From Marine Group I thaumarchaeote (GTDB lineage Archaea; Thermoproteota; Nitrososphaeria; Nitrososphaerales; Nitrosopumilaceae): a stretch of DNA of 49,202 bases. Location: positions 306,826-356,027 of the forward strand of contig CP054849.1 of NCBI GenBank assembly GCA_044358425.1. Reading direction: 5' to 3'. Below are positions 1 through 7,300 of the stretch, piece after piece. A model generated the notes under the pieces. The model was not told the origin of the DNA. It searched no databases and saw only the letters and a program-made list of their open reading frames with translations. The position numbers and the translations under genes are program-made. Position 1 is the first letter of the stretch. Each line of letters starts with the position of its first letter.

Positions 1-20
1 TGGGATTTGCTTTGTTGTAC

Positions 21-119
21 GTGGAAGATTTTATTATTTGTTCAAATTGTGGTTTATCTTACTCTACTGTTGAAAATGAATTATGTAGTCATTGCGGGTT
101 TACCGTTAAAGCAAATTAA
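21..119 (+). CDS. C4 zinc-ribbon microprotein (32 aa from GTG; frame is open to the window edge)
   Basis: Manual translation VEDFIICSNCGLSYSTVENELCSHCGFTVKAN*; two CxxC motifs. Confidence 0.6.
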   Translation: MEDFIICSNCGLSYSTVENELCSHCGFTVKAN

Positions 120-198
120 ATTTCTTCATAACTCTTACGAGATTTTATAGTGATTCAAAAAGCAATCATCTTTAAGTGGAATGATATGTGCTTAGAGT

Positions 199-363
199 AT
201 GAGTAGAAAAATAGAAGAAGAATTAGAGGAGATGAACAGATTGAAAAGATTAGAATTAGAATTTTTGTTTTTTAAAACTAGGATGGATGAAACTATGTCT
301 AAAAAATTCAAAGATGCATTAGTGAATAAGAAAATTGTTTTTGAAGCAATGTATGCAGAATAA
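199..363 (+). CDS. small helical hypothetical protein (54 aa)
   Basis: Manual translation MSRKIEEELEEMNRLKRLELEFLFFKTRMDETMSKKFKDALVNKKIVFEAMYAE*. Confidence 0.55.
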   Translation: MSRKIEEELEEMNRLKRLELEFLFFKTRMDETMSKKFKDALVNKKIVFEAMYAE

Positions 364-422
364 GTGATTTTGTTCCTCTTGCATCCTTTTCCTTTAATAT
401 CTAACCGACGTATCAAAATAGA

Positions 423-545
423 ATGAAATGCAATTTGTGCAATAAAGAAATGTCCATATCTGAGGGAATCATTGAATCAAAAGGTAACAGATACCACATA
501 ACATGCAAAAAACAATACAACATGAAATGGCAAAAAGTCAAATGA
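423..545 (+). CDS. CxxC...HxxC (LIM-half-like) zinc-finger microprotein (40 aa)
   Basis: MKCNLCNKEMSISEGIIESKGNRYHITCKKQYNMKWQKVK*. Confidence 0.6.
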   Translation: MKCNLCNKEMSISEGIIESKGNRYHITCKKQYNMKWQKVK

Positions 546-684
546 TTAGTTCGTAATTATTCATGTTTCAAATTCATATTTACTCTTATTTTTCACATAC
601 CTAATACAACCCTATTTATAACTAAGAATATATCTATATTTAGAATGATTTTTTGGAATCCTGTTCAATTTAGAATCCTCCCGA

Positions 685-704
685 TTCAAGTCCCTCTGGG
701 TCCA
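685..704 (+). mobile_element. tRNA 3'-end remnant, putative att site of an integrated element
   Basis: TTCAAGT-CCCTC-TGGGTCC-A reads as T-loop + 3' T-stem + 3' acceptor strand + discriminator; no 5' tRNA half upstream. Confidence 0.55.
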
Positions 705-821
705 ATTAATGAATAGATTATCAGTTCATAGTTATTTTAATTGCGAGAACACAATATATGAAAATTTTATTCTTTTACAGAGTTGCTTGAAATTTGATTA
801 TGAACAATCAAGGAGAAGGTT

Positions 822-1607
822 TTGAGCAACATTGCAAGTCAACCAAAATCAGATAGTCATTTTTCAAGGATTGCTTCAAAATACAAAAATTTGAGAACCA
901 CTGATACTGATCACATCCAATACATAAAAAATCAATTATCTAAAAAATCCCAAATAGTTATGGCAGATATCGGTTGTGGTGATGGACGATATTCATTAGA
1001 ACTTTTAAAATGTTTAGAGGAAGATTGCTATCTTCACTGCATAGATTTCAATGAAAATATGATTAAATATCTAAAATCATATTTAATGGATCAAGGCATT
1101 TTTAATTTTTCTGCGGTACCCGGACATTCCAGTAAATTGCCCTTAGAAAGTGAAACAATAGATTACCTCGTCACATTTAATGCCATACATCATTTTGATA
1201 TTCAAAAATTTCTGACAGAAGTCTATGGATGTCTTAAAGATGATGGTCGTGCATTCATTTACACACGTTTACGAAATCAAAATTCAAGAAATGTTTGGGG
1301 GCAATATTTTCCATTATTTTCTGAAATGGAAGATCGTTTGTATGAATTTGATGAATTACAGTATGCCATTAAAAAAGCAGACATGAAAATTGTTCACACC
1401 AATGTCTTTGGACATGATAGAACATCCACTCTAACAAATCTTGTAAACAAAGCAAAAAACAAACATTATTCTACGTTTGATCTGTATAGTGAATCTGAAT
1501 TTAAAAAATCATTAAAGATATTCAAACAAAATATTGCAGATAATTTCGATGATATAGAAAACATTCAATGGCAAGATGAGAATATTCTCATAGAGATTAG
1601 CAAATAG
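822..1607 (+). CDS. class I SAM-dependent methyltransferase
   Basis: ADIGCGDG motif I, 'CIDFNENM' motif II, NAIHHF, LKDDG; AGGAGAAGG upstream of the TTG start. Confidence 0.85.
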   Translation: MSNIASQPKSDSHFSRIASKYKNLRTTDTDHIQYIKNQLSKKSQIVMADIGCGDGRYSLELLKCLEEDCYLHCIDFNENMIKYLKSYLMDQGIFNFSAVPGHSSKLPLESETIDYLVTFNAIHHFDIQKFLTEVYGCLKDDGRAFIYTRLRNQNSRNVWGQYFPLFSEMEDRLYEFDELQYAIKKADMKIVHTNVFGHDRTSTLTNLVNKAKNKHYSTFDLYSESEFKKSLKIFKQNIADNFDDIENIQWQDENILIEISK

Positions 1608-1611
1608 TATC

Positions 1612-1785
1612 ATGGCAGGTTACATGGGAGATAAAGCAAGTATGATTGTACATCATTTAGCCCAAATGACTACTGATTGTCGTATCTATTATATTAAAAA
1701 AGAAAATAGACTTTATTTTGTTCCTGATACTGTGGATCAGGCAATAAAAGAAAAGTTTGTTCCATGTACATCCTGTATACCATAA
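1612..1785 (+). CDS. small Cys/His metal-binding protein, Ada metal-binding-like (57 aa)
   Basis: MAGYMGDKASMIVHHLAQMTTDCRIYYIKKENRLYFVPDTVDQAIKEKFVPCTSCIP*; H..C...'A.K..F.PCxxC.P' pattern; 4 nt after the methyltransferase. Confidence 0.7.
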   Translation: MAGYMGDKASMIVHHLAQMTTDCRIYYIKKENRLYFVPDTVDQAIKEKFVPCTSCIP

Positions 1786-1822
1786 TAGGAATTATCTAAT
1801 AAAATAAGTTGAGATGCGCTGA

Positions 1823-2284
1823 GTGACTTCTAATAAAAAAATAATTTCGAGGATAGGATTTTTTTTAATATTTTGTTTTACAAGTGACACTTTCTTTATG
1901 GAAAGGAATTTAGCATATGGGGGCACAACTCCTCCAACAGTTATTTCAGCAGTGACTGTAACTACCACTACAATTGATGTGACATTCAGTGAGGATTTAG
2001 ATGCACTTACAGTTGATGCAAGTGATTTTGTGATTCAGGGCAATAATGATGTTATTGCTGCTGCAGAAACTTCTCCATGAGTTGTAACTCTTACATTAAA
2101 TTCTGCAATAGGTACTGGGGATACCCCCACAGTTAAAGGATCTAGCGGCTGTAAATCAACTATTTCAGATGTTGCTGGAAATGAAATGTGTCCCGTTTCT
2201 TTCACTGTAACTGATGGACTTTCTCCAACTGCTACTATTGCGATAATGAAGACAGATTTCAATTTATTTTCTAAGAATGACTAA
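1823..2284 (+). pseudogene. truncated secreted/surface protein with Ig-like repeat, in-frame TGA at 2078-2080
   Basis: Signal-like N-terminus, then PPTVISAVTVTTTTIDVTFSEDLD...; frame continues past TGA as VVTLTLNSAIGTGDTPTV...ISDVAGN...VTDGLSPT. Confidence 0.65.
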
Positions 2285-2334
2285 TATTTATCAAATTATT
2301 TCTGTTTTGAAAAAGCCTTATTTTCTTTCAATCC

Positions 2335-2367
2335 GTAACGGTAGGGTGGAGTGACTTTTTTAGAATA
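2335..2367 (+). repeat. ~33-bp dispersed repeat, copy 1
   Basis: GTAACGGTAGGGTGGAGTGACTTTTTTAGAATA; 4 mismatches and 1 indel versus copy 2. Confidence 0.75.
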
Positions 2368-2551
2368 CCCAAAGATCTTAAACTTAGGATTGTTATCAAC
2401 TGCATATGTCCTTTGAAGCTAATTTGCTGAGGATAATTAACAGAATAATCCCAATTTGGTAAAGAGTTAGTCAGTTTAGTTAAACAATCTTAGGCTCATA
2501 TTCTGTTTTTACAAGAGAGTTTTTCTATGATCATGGTGTGTTGAATAGTAG

Positions 2552-2671
2552 ATGGTATTACTATGGATAGGAATTGCAGTTGTGGCTCTAATTGTAATAA
2601 TACTAATTGTTAAATCTGTAAAGACACCCTCTCGTGATACTAAGGATAAATCTCAAACATTTGGAGTTTGA
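2552..2671 (+). CDS. single-TM microprotein (39 aa)
   Basis: MVLLWIGIAVVALIVIILIVKSVKTPSRDTKDKSQTFGV*. Confidence 0.55.
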   Translation: MVLLWIGIAVVALIVIILIVKSVKTPSRDTKDKSQTFGV

Positions 2672-2716
2672 TAAAATATTTTCTGATTTCAAATAACGAG
2701 TATTACATTATCATAT

Positions 2717-2750
2717 GTAATGGTAAGGCGGAGTGTCTTTTTTTAGAATA
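2717..2750 (+). repeat. ~33-bp dispersed repeat, copy 2
   Basis: GTAATGGTAAGGCGGAGTGTCTTTTTTTAGAATA. Confidence 0.75.
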
Positions 2751-2860
2751 ATCCATGTTATGCTAAAATTAATTTTAAAAATTAAAATAAAAAAATTATT
2801 GGAATGGATCGATAAATGGACAGTTGAACATTCTAGAGAAAAGATCAAACAAAGGGGAAA

Positions 2861-3016
2861 TTATTCTTGATAGTGAACAATCAAAGCATTTTCCATTACA
2901 GGCATTACTGCAATTATGTTTTCACCTTTTTCTGCTAGAAAGTCATTTACCACATCTTGAAGATATACTCCTTTAGATAGTGTCTTTGTTTCAAAATAAC
3001 GAATTTTATGAATCAT
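2861..3016 (-). CDS. small hypothetical protein (51 aa)
   Basis: MIHKIRYFETKTLSKGVYLQDVVNDFLAEKGENIIAVMPVMENALIVHYQE*; protein-like beta-alpha-beta-beta pattern. Confidence 0.7.
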   Translation of the reverse strand: MIHKIRYFETKTLSKGVYLQDVVNDFLAEKGENIIAVMPVMENALIVHYQE

Positions 3017-3080
3017 CTATATCCTGATGAAACTAATGTGTATTAAGAATTCAATCATCGTCTTCTCAACTGTTCTCTAA

Positions 3081-3230
3081 CTATTGGGGAGCCATATGAT
3101 CGATTTCATTAGGAGTCCTAATGGTAATGAATTTATGACACCGTGTACATTCGTACATGTCCTTGTATCCTGGCATTTTGACTTTGGCATCATGCAAACA
3201 AGTTTCTTGAGAAATTACACCATGTGTCAA
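3081..3230 (-). CDS. CxH...CxxC zinc-binding microprotein (49 aa, TTG start)
   Basis: MTHGVISQETCLHDAKVKMPGYKDMYECTRCHKFITIRTPNEIDHMAPQ*. Confidence 0.6.
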   Translation of the reverse strand: MTHGVISQETCLHDAKVKMPGYKDMYECTRCHKFITIRTPNEIDHMAPQ

Positions 3231-3306
3231 AACTGTTTTAATTTCCCCTTCATGTAAAACCTAAAATCAATACATGTCTCAAATGTCGTATTTTTACTAT
3301 GTCGCA

Positions 3307-3801
3307 TTACAATTCACTATCTCGTAATTTGTTATAGTCTAACATGATTTTTGGAAGCCTATCATCAGGATTAAGACTTATTTTGTGTTCTTCACAATAA
3401 AGAAGATAATTTGGCCAGTTCTTTTTGACCGTTTTCATAAAGTCTTCTCCAACCATCTTATCATACCAATCAATAATGTTAAAACCATAAGCAAAAAATT
3501 TTTCAAAGTATTTTGCAATTCCATTTGGAATTCTATCAGTAATATCCAAAAATGCTATTTCATCTACTGTATTGAGATAATCATTTGCATATCTCTTACA
3601 GTCATCTGTGGTTTTAAGAATAGAGTTTTTGTTAAGACGATTTGTTAAATCCTCATGAAATCCTCGTAATAATTGTGAGTATGTTGCATTGTTGATTTGA
3701 TGAATATTTTTCCAAGTGATGGCAACCATTGCTGCAAGTATTGTTGCAGTTATAGAGCTCACCATTATTGCAATTACGGATAAATCTAGTAAATGTGGCA
3801 T
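3307..3801 (-). CDS. N-terminally membrane-anchored hypothetical protein (DUF4760-like)
   Basis: ORF track 3307-3837; TM segment followed by a helical domain with YLNTVDEIAFL; ATG at 3801 preferred. Confidence 0.65.
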   Translation of the reverse strand: MPHLLDLSVIAIMVSSITATILAAMVAITWKNIHQINNATYSQLLRGFHEDLTNRLNKNSILKTTDDCKRYANDYLNTVDEIAFLDITDRIPNGIAKYFEKFFAYGFNIIDWYDKMVGEDFMKTVKKNWPNYLLYCEEHKISLNPDDRLPKIMLDYNKLRDSEL

Positions 3802-3883
3802 TTGCAATAAAATATTTTCAAAATTAAATAATATCATATTGTCCTTCTTTTAGCTTATGTTCTAATTGAGTATCCATGTCTCG

Positions 3884-3961
3884 TCAAGGCTCCCAATGAC
3901 AATCACAATTACATCCTTCTTGACATCTAATTCTGTTGCAGTCAGAACATCTCTTTTGCAT
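3884..3961 (-). CDS. Cys-rich metallothionein-like microprotein (25 aa)
   Basis: MQKRCSDCNRIRCQEGCNCDCHWEP*; 6 Cys + His, CxCxCH end. Confidence 0.55.
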   Translation of the reverse strand: MQKRCSDCNRIRCQEGCNCDCHWEP

Positions 3962-4174
3962 ATATGATGGAGCAGTATTCATGATCTTACGTGCACGTTC
4001 ATTATACTTAAGCTCAACAAAATGAAACTTTTTAACCGATAATGATGTAATATCAGTAACGTAGTGGTGTGAGTCTGCATATCTGCAAGGAAGAACTGAA
4101 TTGATTAAGCTATGTATTGTTGTATTGTGATTGGAATTTTCTGTCTTTATATGCCAGTAGTGACCTAGTGAATC

Positions 4175-4285
4175 ATGTTAGAAAATATTTTTGCAAGACT
4201 AAAAGGAAAAAAAGAAAAGACATCAAAGGACATAAACGCATTCAAAGAATCTGAAGAAAAGAAACCAGTGGGGATAGAAAAATAA
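4175..4285 (+). CDS. small basic hypothetical protein (36 aa)
   Basis: MLENIFARLKGKKEKTSKDINAFKESEEKKPVGIEK*; TTTATA box upstream; stop abuts next ATG. Confidence 0.5.
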   Translation: MLENIFARLKGKKEKTSKDINAFKESEEKKPVGIEK

Positions 4286-4414
4286 ATGACGTATCATTGT
4301 AAACACTGCAAATTTACTTGGGATTTCGCTGAAGGGGATGTTCAAAAACTGCTTCTTCATGAAAAGACTCATCTGAAAGAAAAGGCAATATCCATTGCAG
4401 GAAAAACAGCATAA
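4286..4414 (+). CDS. C2H2 zinc-finger microprotein (42 aa)
   Basis: MTYHCKHCKFTWDFAEGDVQKLLLHEKTHLKEKAISIAGKTA*; YxCxxC...LxxHxxxH. Confidence 0.7.
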   Translation: MTYHCKHCKFTWDFAEGDVQKLLLHEKTHLKEKAISIAGKTA

Positions 4415-4418
4415 GACC

Positions 4419-4544
4419 ATGATTGCAAATGATGATTTGAGATCCTGTGAGAATTGTGGTAACGTGTTCTTAAAAAAAATAGCAAGCAAGTTGACAAACA
4501 GATGTCCTGCATGTAATGTGTGGAAGAAAGACTCTATCCAATGA
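4419..4544 (+). CDS. C4 zinc-ribbon microprotein (41 aa)
   Basis: MIANDDLRSCENCGNVFLKKIASKLTNRCPACNVWKKDSIQ*; ATGA overlap with next gene. Confidence 0.7.
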   Translation: MIANDDLRSCENCGNVFLKKIASKLTNRCPACNVWKKDSIQ

Positions 4545-5053
4545 CATCAAATATGTTATCTTGCAAAACCAAATTGAGTGAAGAGAGAGTAATACATACT
4601 ACAGAATACATGCACAAAGACATACCTGATGGAACTGAAGTTTGCATACTAAAATATCCATTAACACTTGAGGAATGGAATCGGATTCTGCAAAATCAGG
4701 AAATAGTTACAAAAATGACTGAACAGCAGGATAATTCAAAGCAAAATCCTAATGAGTACATGCAGAAGATTAATTCTACAATAGAATATGGAGAAAACAA
4801 GATCAGGCATATCCAAAAAAGGATCTCAATAAACGAGGTTAATCAGGAATCAATGGAATCTCATTCAGATTATGACTACAAAGACTTGCTCAAGGAATTA
4901 AACGAATCAGAAAAGGAACACAAAAAAGATTTGAGGTTATTTCTTGACTTGCTTTGCAAATATAAAATCACAAGCAAAGAAATTGGTTTTGACATGACAA
5001 CTCCTAAAACAGGATTTGAGGATGATGGAGAATACTTGAATGAAGAAGGATGA
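4541..5053 (+). CDS. hypothetical coiled-coil protein
   Basis: ORF track 4520-5053; ATG at 4541 overlaps the upstream stop. Confidence 0.65.
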   Translation: MTSNMLSCKTKLSEERVIHTTEYMHKDIPDGTEVCILKYPLTLEEWNRILQNQEIVTKMTEQQDNSKQNPNEYMQKINSTIEYGENKIRHIQKRISINEVNQESMESHSDYDYKDLLKELNESEKEHKKDLRLFLDLLCKYKITSKEIGFDMTTPKTGFEDDGEYLNEEG

Positions 5054-5193
5054 TGATTGAAATGAATGTTTTTGCTTCCGTATGTGCCTAATTTGGTTTT
5101 ACCTACAAACCTATTGACGGCACGTTCAGTTCAATTGACATGTATTAAATCAAGAGAATGATTGATTTGTGACCTTTACTTGGATTCTAAACT

Positions 5194-5307
5194 CTAGTCT
5201 AAAGGTAGTCTTCGATACTTTTCCTCTAGGTATTCTTTATCATAATCAGTGAATTTTTTTCTAAGACCTAAAATAACTTCTTCAAAGATTTTTTCTTTTT
5301 TTGTCAT
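5194..5307 (-). CDS. small hypothetical protein (37 aa)
   Basis: MTKKEKIFEEVILGLRKKFTDYDKEYLEEKYRRLPLD*. Confidence 0.5.
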   Translation of the reverse strand: MTKKEKIFEEVILGLRKKFTDYDKEYLEEKYRRLPLD

Positions 5308-5353
5308 AATGTAATAGGCAGTTCATTATACATAAAGAGCACTTAGATTCTAA

Positions 5354-5467
5354 TCATTCAACTGGATAATGGAAATGACAACTAGGGCAAACCCACCATT
5401 GAGTATCTGACTCTCTAATCTTTTCACATAACACATAACATTTCTCACAAAAGTGGCAATACAACAT
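5354..5467 (-). CDS. Cys-rich zinc-ribbon microprotein (37 aa)
   Basis: MLYCHFCEKCYVLCEKIRESDTQWWVCPSCHFHYPVE*. Confidence 0.65.
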   Translation of the reverse strand: MLYCHFCEKCYVLCEKIRESDTQWWVCPSCHFHYPVE

Positions 5468-5561
5468 AGTTCCTAACGGCCTATCAAGTAAATGAACGTG
5501 GTTATTTGGAAATCAACACTCGCTTTTTATTCTAGAATTATACACAAAAAGATTTTCCAAC

Positions 5562-5654
5562 TTAGTTTTTCTTAGATTCTTGTTTATGCTTTTTGCGTCT
5601 TTTTTGTTTGGCGCCACCGCCAATATTATGCCCACGTGGTAATTTCTTAGTCAT
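5562..5654 (-). CDS. very basic microprotein (30 aa)
   Basis: MTKKLPRGHNIGGGAKQKRRKKHKQESKKN*; GGGGAGTGA upstream. Confidence 0.5.
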   Translation of the reverse strand: MTKKLPRGHNIGGGAKQKRRKKHKQESKKN

Positions 5655-5797
5655 ATCTATCACTCCCCTATCGTTCATGTATGCCTTTGTAGTTTCTTTT
5701 TCTTGTCACTTAGGTTATTTGGATAGTTAGGGTTAGATTCTAAACTCTTTTGATAATAATCAATATGCTTAAGTTCTTAGAAAATGTAATAGATGTT

Positions 5798-5952
5798 ATG
5801 GGATTTCTAGACAAATTCAAAAAAACTAAAGACACATCAACTGATTCTGAAAATAGGTCAGCTAGCAAGAAGAGATGAGAGACGAACAGCATCAACTTGA
5901 CTTGAAAGAAAACTATGAAAGTGACGAAAATTACGAAGAATCTAAAGACTAG
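5798..5952 (+). pseudogene. possible frameshifted small gene
   Basis: MGFLDKFKKTKDTSTDSENRSASKKR* overlapping, in another frame, QEEMRDEQHQLDLKENYESDENYEESKD*. Confidence 0.35.
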
Positions 5953-6308
5953 TCAATCATACTTAAGTTCATAAAAAATATCTTTTAACGACAATGAACA
6001 AAATATGCCCTTGCAAGTGTGGATGTGAACGAAAAATATCCAATGTCTATTACGATACTTGTATCTTTTGTCTACTTGGAGAACATAAAAATGACTCAAA
6101 CTCTTAATTTGTTCATTTCTTGTCCAATACTCGGTAAACAGTATTTGGCGTGCAAGCCAATGACTCACAATTTCACCCATTTTTGATAAAGTCAGTAATT
6201 AAAAGAGAAAGTCAGTATTTCCTAGTCTAAATTATAGTTAAAAAATTATACAGTCACTAAAACATTCACCCATAACTTTTTAATACAATTTTTTATTCAT
6301 AATTCATT

Positions 6309-6479
6309 ATGAGTTCAGATGCTGAAACCATTTATGAAAGGGTTGCAAAACTTGAAGATGAAATTGCACTACTTAGAAGTGAAGTTGATATCTTGAAAGG
6401 AGCTTTAAGAAATAAAATTGCTCGTCATGAGATATCTATGATCAAAAAGGGTCAAGATGTTGATTCCATTATTGATTAA
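6309..6479 (+). CDS. small coiled-coil hypothetical protein (56 aa)
   Basis: MSSDAETIYERVAKLEDEIALLRSEVDILKGALRNKIARHEISMIKKGQDVDSIID*; TATA-like TTTTTAAT upstream. Confidence 0.75.
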   Translation: MSSDAETIYERVAKLEDEIALLRSEVDILKGALRNKIARHEISMIKKGQDVDSIID

Positions 6480-7294
6480 TCATTTTTCTTCATACTTCTA
6501 ATTAATTCTAAAATAAAATCTACGTCTTCTGCATTAGGATTTATTTCTAAATATTTGTTCAAATATTTTAAAGCCTTTTCTGAATTTAGTAATCTTTGTT
6601 CTAAAATTCCTTTATCTCTAATATCTTCTGGAGATTCTGGTTCGATTGCTAAAACCATATCAACACAACGTAATGCTTTATCATAAACAAATGATTGAAT
6701 ATATGAATTTTTTAAATTACGAACCATTCTGATAAGAATTTGTTCTGCTTTAACTTCATCAAGAAATTCTGGTTTGAATTCTAATTCTCCTCCAAAATTA
6801 ACATCTAAAATTTCTTGCAAATCATCAATATCTAATAAACGACCATCATAAAATGGATCTAATATCATTTCTTCATTATATTTTACTAACACATGACCTG
6901 GAAATCCAACTATCTTAAGATCTAATCCTACAAATTTTGCAATTTCAGCATATAGAATTGATATTGTTATTGGAAGACCAGTTTTTTTATCTATTACCTC
7001 GTTAAGAAAATTATTTTTTGGATTATAGTAATCATCATCATCTCCACTATATCCTAAATTTTCAAAAAGATGTTCGTTTAACATTGAAATTAGATATGTT
7101 GGATTTTTAACATCACTAATTGATTCTTTTAATGACATTCCCATTCTATGAATTTTTTTAATGTATTCATCAACTTGTAATTCTGGATACTCTATTAATT
7201 GTGAAAATTTAAGGCATTTTTCAATTAAATTGAAATTGGGATTTTTTACAAATGATATCCATTCTGCAACCAGTGGATCAAAATTTTCACTCAA
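6476..7294 (-). CDS. SirB1-family protein (transglutaminase-like domain + TPR)
   Basis: YYNPKNNFLNEVI..KTGLPITISILY, GFPGHVL, LDPFYDG, RMVRNLK, C-terminal TPR. Confidence 0.9.
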   Translation of the reverse strand: MSENFDPLVAEWISFVKNPNFNLIEKCLKFSQLIEYPELQVDEYIKKIHRMGMSLKESISDVKNPTYLISMLNEHLFENLGYSGDDDDYYNPKNNFLNEVIDKKTGLPITISILYAEIAKFVGLDLKIVGFPGHVLVKYNEEMILDPFYDGRLLDIDDLQEILDVNFGGELEFKPEFLDEVKAEQILIRMVRNLKNSYIQSFVYDKALRCVDMVLAIEPESPEDIRDKGILEQRLLNSEKALKYLNKYLEINPNAEDVDFILELIRSMKKND

Positions 7295-7300
7295 TTATTA

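Noticed and set aside
192-416. 74-aa minus-strand ORF (likewise 4223-4489)
   Set aside because: Antisense shadows of more plausible + strand microgenes
638-680. Isolated TTAGAAT heptamers as independent sites
   Set aside because: A 7-mer of this composition is expected several times by chance in AT-rich DNA; only the longer matches were kept
2078-2080. In-frame TGA as selenocysteine or readthrough
   Set aside because: It sits in a turn of an Ig-like repeat (probably GGA>TGA), has no redox motif, and the gene is truncated anyway
2335-2750. CRISPR array
   Set aside because: Only two imperfect copies, 382 bp apart, and no cas genes
2815-2880. SHOCT-like fragment LNILEKRSNKGEI on the + strand
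   Set aside because: No convincing start, and it overlaps a better minus-strand ORF
5953-6180. 75-aa minus-strand ORF
   Set aside because: No motif and atypical composition; cannot be supported
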